Shown here in pieces: positions 25,652 through 37,678 of a stretch of 64,000 bases of DNA. The translations under genes and the position numbers were made by a program. The stretch is from contig MU058844.1 in the NCBI GenBank assembly GCA_013265495.1, positions 10,002,184-10,066,183 of the forward strand. The letters are read 5' to 3'. The notes under the pieces are model-generated. The model ran no database searches. It saw only the letters and a list, made by a program, of their open reading frames with translations, and was not told the origin of the DNA. This DNA comes from Vicugna vicugna. Taxonomy: Eukaryota. How positions within the stretch are numbered: the first letter of the stretch is position 1; every line of letters begins with the position of its first letter.

Positions 25652-26952
25652 AAATGTAACCAAATTGTTGGTCTTTACTATGATGGCATCTTAGAAGTGT
25701 GAGTATTTGTAGAGTGCTCAAGTTCTCATAAGATTTAGCTTTGTAATAAAGTAATTCAAAAAGGAATTCCAGGCTTTCAAACTACATAGAGCATCTGAAG
25801 CTTTAGAACTTGCAGGCAAACCTTTGGCTGAGCCTCTCATTAGTTATGCAGGGCAGCTTCCTATCTGAGCCTGTATCAGTTACACCCTACCCTGCTCCTG
25901 CACATCACACTCCTTTTTAGCCTGTATTAGCTTTTTATGACTTCTAAAGACAGGAGCATCAAAAAAGCAAACAAACAAAACGCCTGTTGTCTTTTGATGT
26001 CATAAGAGATAACCATTATTCCTACTTGTTGATCTATTCTGTGTTTTATTCATAAAATAACATTACTGTTCTTTGCAAAAAGATGATATAAAATCCTATC
26101 AATCATTCCTCTAATATCTAGATGTTCTCATAAACTTTTTTAAGAATTAAAAGCAAGCTAAAATTATGTGCATAAAATTTCAGCTCAAGTCCCATTACAG
26201 TGGAGTTTAAGGTGACATATTCATGTGCCTACAGATCTTTCTGTTAAACATTCTACAATAGATGATGATATTTTAACATTTGACTTTAAAAAGAAAATAA
26301 AGCAACTCGCCTAATCCTGAAAACCTTCCCTCACACCCCGTTCTTCCATCCTCTATAAGCATCCAGTTAGACAACAAAGAAGGACTTCTTCATCCATCAG
26401 CAAGCACACTCTTCTCTTGAAGCGAATGACTACCTAGACTGGCATCACAGAAAAGCTCTAATATTTCATAATGAATTCCATAGAGATGAGATGAGCCCCA
26501 CAAATGAGTGAAAGCCATGCTTATATGATGGGTGCACATTTCCTACAGCAGATCCCATCAGTCACCAGCACTAGTATCAGACTCAACAGCTGGAGCAAAG
26601 TGGTCAGGAGCGGCTAACTACACAGGAACTACTTTATGAGACAGAAATGCACAGCAGTCCTTAACATCTTGTTTTACTCTGACACCTCTTCTGCCATGAC
26701 TTCCTGATCTTATCTGTGATAGGTCCTTGACGTCTTGATATATTGCATGTCCAACATCTATTACATAAGAAGTTTCTTGTCTGGGTCACAAATTCAATTA
26801 TCTTTTACTTTTGTTCTACATGATTTTTATGACTTTCCATTGCCTACGTAATTGCTAATTCCATGGGCCAAGAGAAGATATTTGCTTATAAATTCATCTT
26901 TTAAGCATGAAAGCACACACAGGCCCCCCAAATATAAGTAGCTATATGCCTA

Positions 26953-26977
26953 TACACACACACACACATACACACAC
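26953..26977. repeat. (CA)n microsatellite, interrupted
   Basis: tacacacacacacacatacacacac. Confidence 0.85.
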
Positions 26978-29900
26978 TTGCACATGTACACTCATTTTAA
27001 AATTTTGATGGATAAGCTTAAATAATTTAAGTATAGTATGAGTTGAATAAATATTTATTGAAAAGTTGTTGGTCACTACTCAAATTGATTAGACAATCAT
27101 TACTCTTAAACTAATTAGACAATAAATTAATATAACTCTAAAGAGATGGGCTTAGTTATTTATAGTTACATCCTAAATATTGGTCCAAAAATATGTATCG
27201 ATTCAACCACAATCAAAACTAAAATATTTTAGATACTTAAGAAGATGTGGATACAGAATAAATTTAAAAGTTAAGCTTGAAATTTGGTTAGAGAACAATA
27301 ATTTTCCTCCAAAGAAGTTTTTTAATCAAGAGCAGCAAATTTATTTATACAGAATACTTACTGACTCTTTCTGAAAAAGGTGGAAATGGACATAAACAAT
27401 ATACATTACTAAGTCCCCTCCTTAATTTACAATAGTTTTTCTTGGCTTCATAGTTTCCCATATAAGTCAATCTAAAATATGAAGATTCTATAAATCATAT
27501 TTCAGGATTATTTTTTCACCAATCTGGTAGATGTTTGACTTTTTTTTCTTTGAACTCAAATTTTTTTGACAAGTGGCATGCCTATGGAAAAATCCCAAAT
27601 GGAAACCGAAGTTAAATTTTATGGTTCAAAAAAGAACTATTTTGATAATGTTCATTGCTATGTCTAAATACGACCAGAAATTAGTGAGAATGCGTTAGTA
27701 AACAGCAACATAAAGCCATGTGAAAAGTACCTACTTCTAATATAAACTTAGATATTTTGCATACTTAATTCAAATGTAATAACCCAGAATTTTTCATCTC
27801 AAATTTCATACAGTATCTTTAAACTTTCCATTCAAAAGCACCACAGCCATTTTCACTGGTTAAAGTTGAAAATTCCAAGGCTCTATCATCTGGCATTTTG
27901 AACTCTATGCATTAAAACCTAGAAATTACTCTGTCTGGTAAAGAAAATAGTAGCAATTATAACAGGAATTCTCAGGGTGACCATTCTTTTATAGAGAGAG
28001 GTTTAGCATACCTGCTTGCTTTCTATTCCTCCTCCATCCAGGCTCAGAGTAGGTGGGAGATTAGTAAAGGAGAAGGAACAATGGTAAAGAAAACAATACC
28101 AGAAACTCCAAGTTCTTTTTCAACTAACTGAATATGAATTCATTACATTAAATGGGAGGCTGCATGAAAATAGGCAAAATAGACTTCCATGAAAAGCTGC
28201 AATAGAACAGAGAGTTTAGATGAAAGATTAGACTCAGAACCACAAAAGAAGGAATTTATGACTGTTGCTCCATGCAGTTATTACTGTCAAAATTTAGTTG
28301 ACAGCTTTTATATTTCATTCCACCCTGACAAAGGAACTTCGGCAAAAAAAGGAGTCAGCTACCAGCTTGTGAAGAGATATTAAGTTCATAAGAAGCCTGA
28401 GGCGACTACATAATGCATGGGATAAACAGTTCCCTTTCTGCTACCAGAGCACTGCACATTTTCCCACATGGAACATGATCTTTAGAAAGTTGACACCTGA
28501 CAGCCTATTGGCCTCAACACACCACATTAAACACAACTGGCAGGAATGGGAAAATGTTGGGCTTATAGTTTATGCATCAATAATAAAGAGGGGGGTGTTT
28601 TTAACAAAGTTCATCATCTTTAAGAAAACTTAGTGTCTTTGGTGGTTTCTATAACATTCATTTTTTCATTCATTGAGATCAAATCTAAGGAGATAACATT
28701 TGATTCCCATCATATCAGTTTCTACTAGTGAAATGCAATTATTCCTCATTTGCTTTACTAAACCTAACACATTTCAGATGCAGTGATTTTTATCCAGAAT
28801 TTATGTTATCACTGAGCAGCAAAAAGAATCCTGTATCTTTGATGTGATTTTAAGAGTTTAACTGTCTTATTATGAGATAGTTTTGCAGTATTTTATTTTT
28901 GCTTTCAGGAAATGTGTTGCTTGGCACTGTCTGGAATGTTTCATATGACTGAATTTACAAATGATGTCTATCTTAACTTTTCTGAATACAGACATGACTG
29001 CGCGTCATAAGCGTTATCTGTGTTGGTCATGATTTCAACTTAAAGCTCACCCACAGAAGTTAATGTGTTGTATTTTATAGGGACATTAGTTTTCCAAGTT
29101 GCTGTGGTGCCACTGATTTGCAATATCTTTATCTTGAAAGAAGTAATGTTCCCACAACTAAAGTTTCCTCCTGTCAACATTTTAGCATCAAGTTCAAGAT
29201 CTAAAACCAATATTTCTTGCAGTTCTCTTTCTTTTCTAAACTACTGTAGCACTCACATACTATAGCACATTACATGTGCATTTATAATATATAGTGTAAC
29301 ATATGAGGTGCACTGTATGTATAGCAATATAAATTAAGTGGGTTTCGCGTGCTTTCGATTCCATTTTGTATCTTCAGTCATTTTAGACGTACTCATTTTA
29401 GAGCTGCTAAGGGATAATGCTTGAATTTCACAGGAGGAGGAGGGTTCTAACCCTGTTGTTAGTCGTGTTTGCTTCTCGAACTTACAGTGGATTACCTCAT
29501 AGGTTTTGCGATTTTGAATTTTGGGTCTATGTCTGGCAGGGCATTATCTATGGGAATCCTTTATTGCCGTGGTTGAAGATGTGTCCCTCCAAAGGAGAGT
29601 TTGCATCTACTTCAGCCAATTGCTCCAAGGAATTTCATGTTAACTTCTCAACTTGAGGGTTCCCAGAATACAGAGAATGAATTCAGATCTCAAACTCAAA
29701 GTGAAGGCAGGCCAAATCTAGTTTTTGCTTTGTTTTTTGCCCTCTGGTGATATCTCTTACTTCCATACAACCACTTAAAGGAATGACTATCTTATTTTAT
29801 TCGACATGCGCAAGTATTGTATAGCTGATAAACTTTCAGGTCATCTAATCTGCTGTACTGTCAAAAACAGAAGCATCAACTATCAAAAATTATATACCCT

Positions 29901-30605
29901 TGTTTTCTGCATTACCACTTTATATATTCACAACTTACTTTCTCAACTTAATTACAAACTTGTGATATGGAGTCATCTACGATTCACAGATAAATAGTTA
30001 TCTAATTTAACCCTTCTACCAATTTTGTCCAAGTTATTCAAGACAAACAACTATAAATTTATAAAGAAAGCATATCAAAATATCTCATACTTGAATCAAA
30101 TTATGTAAGAGATAAAGGAAAACCTGCCAGATCCCTAAATGTCATGATTGAGATGACTTCCTGTAACACCGAGATTCTGACTCAGACACCTGACGGCTTG
30201 ATTTATGACAATAGCCACTGAAACCGTTCTGGAGTGCTGAACACCAACTTATCATCTACTTTTTCTAAGTTGGCAAGGTTAATACAGAAAAACTGCCTTT
30301 AAAGACAAGGCATTGTTGTGGTTTTCAGTAGAGCACATGTCAGTATGAAAACATAACTTAGAAAAACTAAGCCCTTCTTTGTGATTTGAGAGTCACATAA
30401 AAGTCAGATCAGTCCAAAAAGTGTTCACCCCTTATCTTGACACGACCTCTTCCCTGGCTCTCGGCCGAATAAGAGTCTTACTGAGCTACACGCAAAATTG
30501 TTACATTATCTCCCAAAAGCTGCAGTGAAAAAACACTAGTTCTCTTGGAAGGTTTTCTTCAGTCTTCTCTGCTAACAAGATAAGTGTATCAGCTTTACCT
30601 AGGTA

Positions 30606-30700
30606 CAGTGGTGGTTCTCAAACTGGTGTGTGCAAGAATCATGTAAGGAGTATATTAGAAGCACAGATTCCCAACTCCACCTCCACCCCATTCAGTGGCT
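30606..30700 (+). mobile_element. MER5A-like hAT fossil
   Basis: cagtggtggttctcaaactggtgtgtgcaagaatcatgtaaggag...gcacagattccc. Confidence 0.6.
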
Positions 30701-31055
30701 CACCATGAGTCAAAGGGGATTCAGCATGTGTGTTATAATAGAGAGTCGAGCTTTAGGGAAATTAAATACCAAACTAGTTGATTTTAGTTCAAAAAATAAA
30801 AGGAATGTAAATGAATTACCAATATGGAAGCAATGACAGATCCCAGTGGAGGGGAAAGAAGCAGAGGCTGAAAAAAATTAAGCAGAGGTGGAGGACCAGC
30901 CTTACAACCTACTAGTGAGCAGTTCCTTGTTTGGGAGCATGAAGTAGGGATGTTATCTAATTTGCCTACTCTTTCCGCTCTTCTTATGCCGAGAAATTCC
31001 CCTCAGAGACGGCATGGCCTCTGCTCCGTTGGCATCACATCTTTACAACTCTCAC

Positions 31056-31495
31056 TGTGATAGGTGGACTGATGGCTCCCAAAGACACCCATGTCCTAAT
31101 TCCCAGAACTTGTGACGTTTGCCTTACACAGTGAAGGAGACTTAAAGGTGTAATCAACTTAAATATCCCTTTAACTTAATTCCATGTGGGCCCAAATATA
31201 ACCACAGATTCTTTATCAGTGAAAGCAGAAGTCAGAAAGAACAGAGTGGAAGAGAGATTCCAAGACTGAGGAAGCAGCCACAAGCCAGGGATTTCAGGGA
31301 GATTCTGGAAGTCAGTGGAATGGGTTCTCTCCTAGAGCCTCCAGAAGGAATCCAGTCCTGCCAACATCTTGATTTTAACCCAGTGAAGCTCATTTCAGAC
31401 TTCTGATCTCCAGAACCATAAGATAAGACATTTTTGTTGTCTTAAGTCACTAAGTTAGTGGTAATTTACTACAGCAGCAACAGAAAACTAATGCA
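31056..31495 (+). mobile_element. MaLR solo LTR, MLT1D-like
   Basis: TG...CA ends, ctagagcctccagaaggaatccagtcctgccaacatcttgattttaacccagtgaag core; 5-bp flanks ctcac / cttac (one mismatch). Confidence 0.85.
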
Positions 31496-31902
31496 CTTAC
31501 TTTCCCTGGCTACCTTGATGTTAAATGAAATAATATATGGTGATCCTACAACAGATCCAATTTTCTTTTGCAAGTATTGAAACATAAATCACAGAGATGA
31601 AAGTCACATGTGGGCCTTGTGGTCACACAGAATTAGGGATGGTAGTTATTTTCCAGTTGCGTGCATGCTGTTGAATAGGCAAAGAAAGTTATTCTGCAAA
31701 GGGAGGTAGGAGAGTGGAGCAGATGCTCAGAAGGAAGCAAAGCAACAAGTGATGGAGAAGATGCTTCACCGCATTTTGGGTCCCATGACCACATCTATCC
31801 AATCACTTTCTTTTCACTTAAGTTAACTTGGTCAGGATTTTATTCCTTGACATGCAATGATCCATACCTGAGACAGAGGAACTGAGAAAAAGGAGGACGA
31901 CC

Positions 31903-32245
31903 TTGATGGTTGATTTCATGTATCAACTTGACAGGACCACCTGGTCCCCAGCTATTTGATTAAACACTATTCTGAATGTGTCTGTGAAGGTCTTTCTGGA
32001 TGACATTAACATGTGAGTGGGGAGACTGAATAAAGCAGACTGTCCTCCCCAGAGTGGGCGGGCTCACCTCTTCCACCAGAGGACCACATAGAACAAGAAG
32101 GCAAGGAAGGGAGGCTCTGCTCTCCGCCTGACTGTCTTTGAGCTGGGATTTCAGTCTTCTTCTGCCTTCAGACTCAGACTCAGACAAGAACTACACCGTT
32201 GGCTCTCCTGGGTCCCTAGCTTGCCCACTACAGATCATGGGACAA
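31903..32245 (+). mobile_element. ERVL MLT2-type LTR, 5' part
   Basis: tgatggttgatttcatgtatcaacttgac...ctattctgaatgtgtctgtgaaggtctttctggatgacattaacat...gactgaataaagcagactgtcctcccc. Confidence 0.8.
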
Positions 32246-32789
32246 GGAACTTCTAGCAATGGATACTGTTAACTAGATGGAGTTTACTATCCCAAGGTTC
32301 CCAAATCATCTGTTTACACATAGAAAAAACCCAGAGAACTAGGATGTATGTATAAAAAGATGTATTTTCCCAGAAAAATCTTGAAAAATACTAGATAAGA
32401 GGGGAGATGAAACTTGTGAGTGAGAACCCCAAGAGAAACAGAAATAGCCTCTTTACCACTAAGTACTGTGCTGACTTCAGCTACTCCTCTGCTGTCCGAG
32501 AGTCAATCCAGGAGCACCTCTCAGTTAGACTCCTCTTGCAGTACTCCACTGGAAGAAGTCGGGGCAACTTCAATGACACAGGGAAGTTGTGACAAGACTG
32601 GGGGTTTGGGAGACCTTTTTTTTTTTTTTTAGCACTGAGTGGCTTGGAGATGAAGACTTCATCGCAGGATTATGTGGTGGTATGTAGATAACAGGCAGGA
32701 ATACCCTTGGATAGATTAGATTATTGCCCTCAGTACTTTATTCATATTCTCTTTGTTACAGAATTAGGTTCTGTCTTCCCTTTTCTATG

Positions 32790-33110
32790 TGCTTTTGCAG
32801 GACCTCCCACTGGAGTAGGAAAAGTGTATATCCCTTCCGCAAAGATGTATGAATTGGTCACATGACTCTCTGGCCAATGTAATGTTAGCAGACACTACTC
32901 CAGCAGAGGCTTTACCTGTGCTTCAGAGTTTTGAATTGTTCTCTTGAATTTCTGCTACCCCCCAGGAGAAAAGTATGTCCTGGGTAGCCACTAGTCCAAG
33001 GAGACTGAGGAAACATGGAAGAGACTCCAGAAAAATAAATGCATAGTATGCCATTGAGAGCTGGGGATGCTAGTTACATGTAACATAACTGTAGCATCAA
33101 CCATCCTCAC
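32790..33110 (+). mobile_element. MaLR LTR, MLT1I/J-like
   Basis: ggtcacatgactctctggccaatgtaatgttagcagac...aaataaatgcatagtatgccattgagagctggggatgctagttac. Confidence 0.5.
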
Positions 33111-33419
33111 TTAGAAGAATCAGTAGGCTCCGTGCTTTGGGAGGGCAATTAGGGGTGGTGACACGGCCCTTCCTTGGCTGGCACTTGGGGGGGCTTTCTC
33201 TTCAGGGTGGCCTTTCACTAGGCCTGAAAGAAAGCACCCAATTCTACTTTCCTTCACAGGTTGTGCCTCAGGACTACTACTTCTGGGAAAATAGATGGGA
33301 AAACGCATAGGTTTACACTATCTCCATAGACAGACAGGTACAAATACCCACTTTTTTTCTGGTAGAGCAAAGCTAATTCTTACTCATTTTCTAGATTAAA
33401 TTTAGTATCACCCCTGCTG

Positions 33420-33615
33420 GGTAGCCCTTCTCCAATATCAAGTTATCTCAGCCTTTCATGTGATGTACGGTGCATGCCACTGTCATTGCTCTCAGCACAA
33501 AGTATTATACATTTATTGATCTGTTTCACCTGCTGTGGAGTTTTGAAGGCATAGGACACATTTTGTCATGTCTTTTCTTCACTGTCTCAAAAATATTTGT
33601 TAGCTGAATGAATTT
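33420..33615 (+). mobile_element. L2 3' end
   Basis: gtggagttttgaaggcataggacacattttgtc...tctcaaaaatatttgttagctgaatgaat. Confidence 0.55.
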
Positions 33616-35344
33616 ATGTATGCCCCTGCTATAAGACCCTTGGGGAAGTAGAGTTTTCAAAGCCCCTTTTATCTGAGTAGGGGGAGATTTAATGCATGGC
33701 CTCATCAGTGGACCAGGCTAACCCCTCCAAGTGGATGAATCTAAACACTGCCCTCCACAGGTCAAGCTAATAGATGCGAGTTTGTGAAGTTAGTGATCCA
33801 AGAACTCGAGGAGACACAATAAGGGCTGTCAGTCATTGACAAATATCTACTGCTTTGTCTTCTAAATTCAAGTGGTAAATACAATAGTTTTGAATATGAG
33901 GAAGAAGGAAGACTCCACAATAAAGAAAAAATTTTTAATAATTTTTTTAAAAACGGCGGTGGCTTCACAAAGGGCGGGCTGAAGGTAGAAGCAAAGTATG
34001 GATAAGCAAAGGCAGGACCTGAGTGCAGCTCTCCCGGGCAGCCCTCAGATGCCACTTGACAGATGAGACCACGTGCCTCCACAGGAATGCTGCGGAAGGT
34101 TGTGGAGAGTCTGACCTGAGAGCTCACAAGACGGCTGCTATCTTAAGAAAGAGCAACCTTAGTATTAAAAGTCTTCTGGTTGGACTGTTTTGCTAAGGAT
34201 TCACAGACTTCAGAGTTCTACAAAGCCTGTGAGAACTGAAATCGAACCCAAAATCACCAGAGAAGATGACCAGAAGAACAAAGTAGGAGTTAACAGTCAC
34301 TCCCATCAGCAGCTGCAAACATCAGAACACCGAGAGTAAGAGCAATAATACAGCAGAGGTCGCCAGACCATGGAGAAGTCCAGACAAGCCACTTGCAGAA
34401 GAGACCAACGCTCATCCAGAGAACGCTGTACAGACCTCAGAGCCAGTCTCCCAAAGACAGACAAGGACAAGTGAGCCCCACCCACCACCACACCTCGATG
34501 CCAGCTGGGGAAGGGACTGGAATTCTAAAGGATATTTACATAAGCCGTCCAAACAGAGCTGTGGATGGTGGTCATAATAAGGTTAGTGACAGAAAAAAAT
34601 ACAGAACCTAATTGTTCATTGTACATCTGCATGTCATGTTAGTAAATCTGAGGCCCCACCACATTTATAAATAACAGTATTATTACATCAACAATGACAG
34701 ATGTCATGTGAGGTGTGAAGCTGAAAGGCTATATACAGCATTTTAGAAGACAGAACTGAAACATCGGTGAACCTTGCCAGAGACAATCACGTTTACTACT
34801 TCCTATGAAAGACCAGAGGGGAGAAAAAAAGCTGTGGGTCAGGGGAAAGGGCTGCAGCCCAGCGCTCACAGACATGCCAAGGGCTGCACTCACCATCTCA
34901 TCCACACACATGCCCCTGCACACCAAACCCCAGGGGCGGCTCCACATCCCACCCCCAGATCCCCATCTCAACAAAATCTCCCCCATTTTACAGCTAGTGA
35001 TGTGTTGGTCAGTGTTGAACAACCAGCTCAGAGGGAAAGGGAGATCCCAGACCTGGAGTGTGTGCAGATTTCCAGGGTGTAAATAAATACTCCTACCCCA
35101 GCCAATTTTGAGCTACTAACGTGATTCCAACTGACTCATAAAATTCTTGCAAATTTAATAATTGGATTTTATAAAGAGGAACTGGCTTCAGCTCCACTAC
35201 ACTGCTACCTAGTTGAAGAGCCACTCTAGGGCACTGCCTAGATCAAAATCTAGTATGAGTGGACCCCGCAAACTGGTGAGTTTTGACCTGTACTTCTGCC
35301 TGACACCCACAGTAACCTTCAAAAGGATGTTATATTAACAACTC

Positions 35345-35520
35345 AACACAGAGGGAAAAATGTGACAATGATATGTATATGTTCATGTATAACTGAAAAA
35401 TTATATAACAGATCAATAAATATATAATACTTTGTGCTCTACACTGGAATTTGACACAACATTGTAAAATGATTATAAATCAATAAAAAATGTTAAAAAA
35501 AACAGAAAAAAAAGAAAAAA
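35345..35520 (+). mobile_element. Short 5'-truncated camelid L1 3' end with poly-A
   Basis: aaaaatgtgacaatgatatgtatatgttcatgtataactgaaaaa...gtgctctacactggaatttgacacaacattgtaaaatgattataaatcaataaaaaatgttaaaaaaaa; possible 7-bp duplication aactcaa (35340 / 35521). Confidence 0.85.
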
Positions 35521-35692
35521 AACTCAAGTAGTAGGTTGAATTTGAATCATATAAATTTCAATCTACTAACCAGACTTTCTATTTTCTTTTTATTTAATAA
35601 ACCTGCTTCTATCCAGGAAACTGATTTCCCTTTCGTCTGAGCTATGCTTCATAAGGTAATTTTTCTTCAGTTGTGCTATGAATTTGCTGGGG

Positions 35693-37678
35693 TTTTTTTT
35701 TTAACTTTCTTTATTGAATTATAGTCATCTACAAATTTTGAACTCCCAGTCTGTCCCTTCCCACCGTCCTCCTCCTTAGCAACCACAAGTTTCTTTCTAT
35801 GTCTATGAGTCTGTTTCTGCTTTGTATTTATGTTCTATTTTTTTAGATTACACACATGAGCGATCTCATATGGTGTTTTTCATTCTCCTTCTGGCTTATT
35901 TCACTTAAATGACATTCTCCAGGGACATCTATGTTGCTGCAANNNNNNNNNNNNNNNNNNNNNNNNNNNNNNNNNNNNNNNNNNNNNNNNNNNNNNNNNN
36001 NNNNNNNNNNNNNNNNNNNNNNNNNNNNNNNNNNNNNNNNNNNNNNNNNNNNNNNNNNNNNNNNNNNNNNNNNNNNNNNNNNNNNNNNNNNNNNNNNNNT
36101 TTTGAAGTAGGCTTCCTTCTGGATATATGCCCAGGAGCAGGATTCTTGTGTCATATGGTAAGTNNNNNNNNNNNNNNNNNNNNNNNNNNNNNNNNNNNNN
36201 NNNNNNNNNNNNNNNNNNNNNNNNNNNNNNNNNNNNNNNNNNNNNNNNNNNNNNNNNNNNNNNNNNNNNNNNNNNNNNNNNNNNNNNNNNNNNNNNNAAG
36301 ACAAAGCTGCCCACTATCACCACTCCTATTCAACATAGTCTTGGAAGACTAGCCACTGCAATCAGGCAAGAGAGAGAAATAAAAGGGATCCAAATCGGAA
36401 AAGAAGAGGTAAAAATGTCACTATATGCAGATGACATGATACCATATATAGAAAACCCTAAAAGGTCCACACAAAAACTACTAGAACTAATCAAAGAATT
36501 CAGCAAGGTAGCAGGTTACAAGATTAATGTACAAAAATCAGTTGCATTTCTTTACACTTACAATGAATCAACAGAAAAAGAAAGTAAAGAAACAATCCCC
36601 TTTAAANNNNNNNNNNNNNNNNNNNNNNNNNNNNNNNNNNNNNNNNNNNNNNNNNNNNNNNNNNNNNNNNNNNNNNNNNNNNNNNNNNNNNNNNNNNNNN
36701 NNNNNNNNNNNNNNNNNNNNNNNNNNNNNNNNNNNNNNNNNNNNNNNNNNNNNNNNNNNNNNNNNNNNNNNNNNNNNNNNNNNNNNNNNNNNNNNNNNNN
36801 NNNNNNNNNNNNNNNNNNNNNNNNGGACATATTTCACAGAACTAGAAAAAAATCATAATAAATTTATATGGAACCACAAAAGACCTAGAATTACCAAAGT
36901 ATTACTGAAGAAAAAGAAAGAGGCTGGAGGAATAACTCTCCCAGACTTCAGACAATACTATAGAGCTACAGTCATCAAGACAGCATGGTATTGGTACCAA
37001 AACAGACATATGGACCAATGGAACAGAATAGAGAGCCCAGAAATGAACCCACAAACCTTTGGTCAACTCATCTTCAACAAAGGAGGCAAGAATATACAAT
37101 GGAATAAAGACGGTCTCTTCAGCAAATGGTGTTGGGAAAACTGGACAGCAGCATGTAAATCAGTGAAGCTAGAACACTCCCTTACACCATACACAAAAAT
37201 AAACTCAAAATGGATCAAAGACTTAAACATAAGACAAGATACAATAAACCTCCTAGAGGAAAACATAGGCAAAACATTATCTCACATACATCTCAAAAAT
37301 GTTCTCCTAGGGCAGTCTACCCAAGCAATAGAAATAAAAGCAAGAATAAACAAATGGGACCTAATGAAACTTACAAGCTTCTGCACAGCAAAGGAAATCA
37401 GATGTAAAACAAAATGACAACCTATGCAATGGGAGAAAATTTTTGCAAACGATGAAACCGACAAAGGCTTGATCTCAGGAATATATAAGCAGCTCATATG
37501 ACTTAATAAGAAAAAAACAAACAACACAATCCAAAAAATGGGCAGAAGACCTAAACAAGCAATTCTCCAAGGAAGAAATACAAATGATCAAGAGGCACAT
37601 GAAAAAATGCTCAATATCACTATCAGAGAAATGCAAATCAAAACTACAATGAGGTATCACATCACACCAGTCAGAATG
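35693..37678 (-). mobile_element. Young camelid L1 with 5' inversion: 3' end on minus strand (35693-36163+), inverted ORF2 block reading on plus strand (36298-37678)
   Basis: poly-T at 35693; ORF2 peptides incl. RT motif SLYADDMI and WCWENW; frameshift after FNIVLE and stop after EIRCKTK; flanking duplication core ATGAATTTGC at 35678 and 37676; contains three N gaps (35943-36099, 36164-36297, 36607-36824). Confidence 0.9.

Noticed and set aside
28994-29008. Short inverted repeat ATGAC-tgcgc-GTCAT
   Set aside because: Five-bp arms are expected by chance many times in this window.
36127-37417. Long ORFs of 243 and 296 aa
   Set aside because: They are L1 ORF2 fragments inflated by N runs, with a frameshift and premature stop. 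Not host genes.
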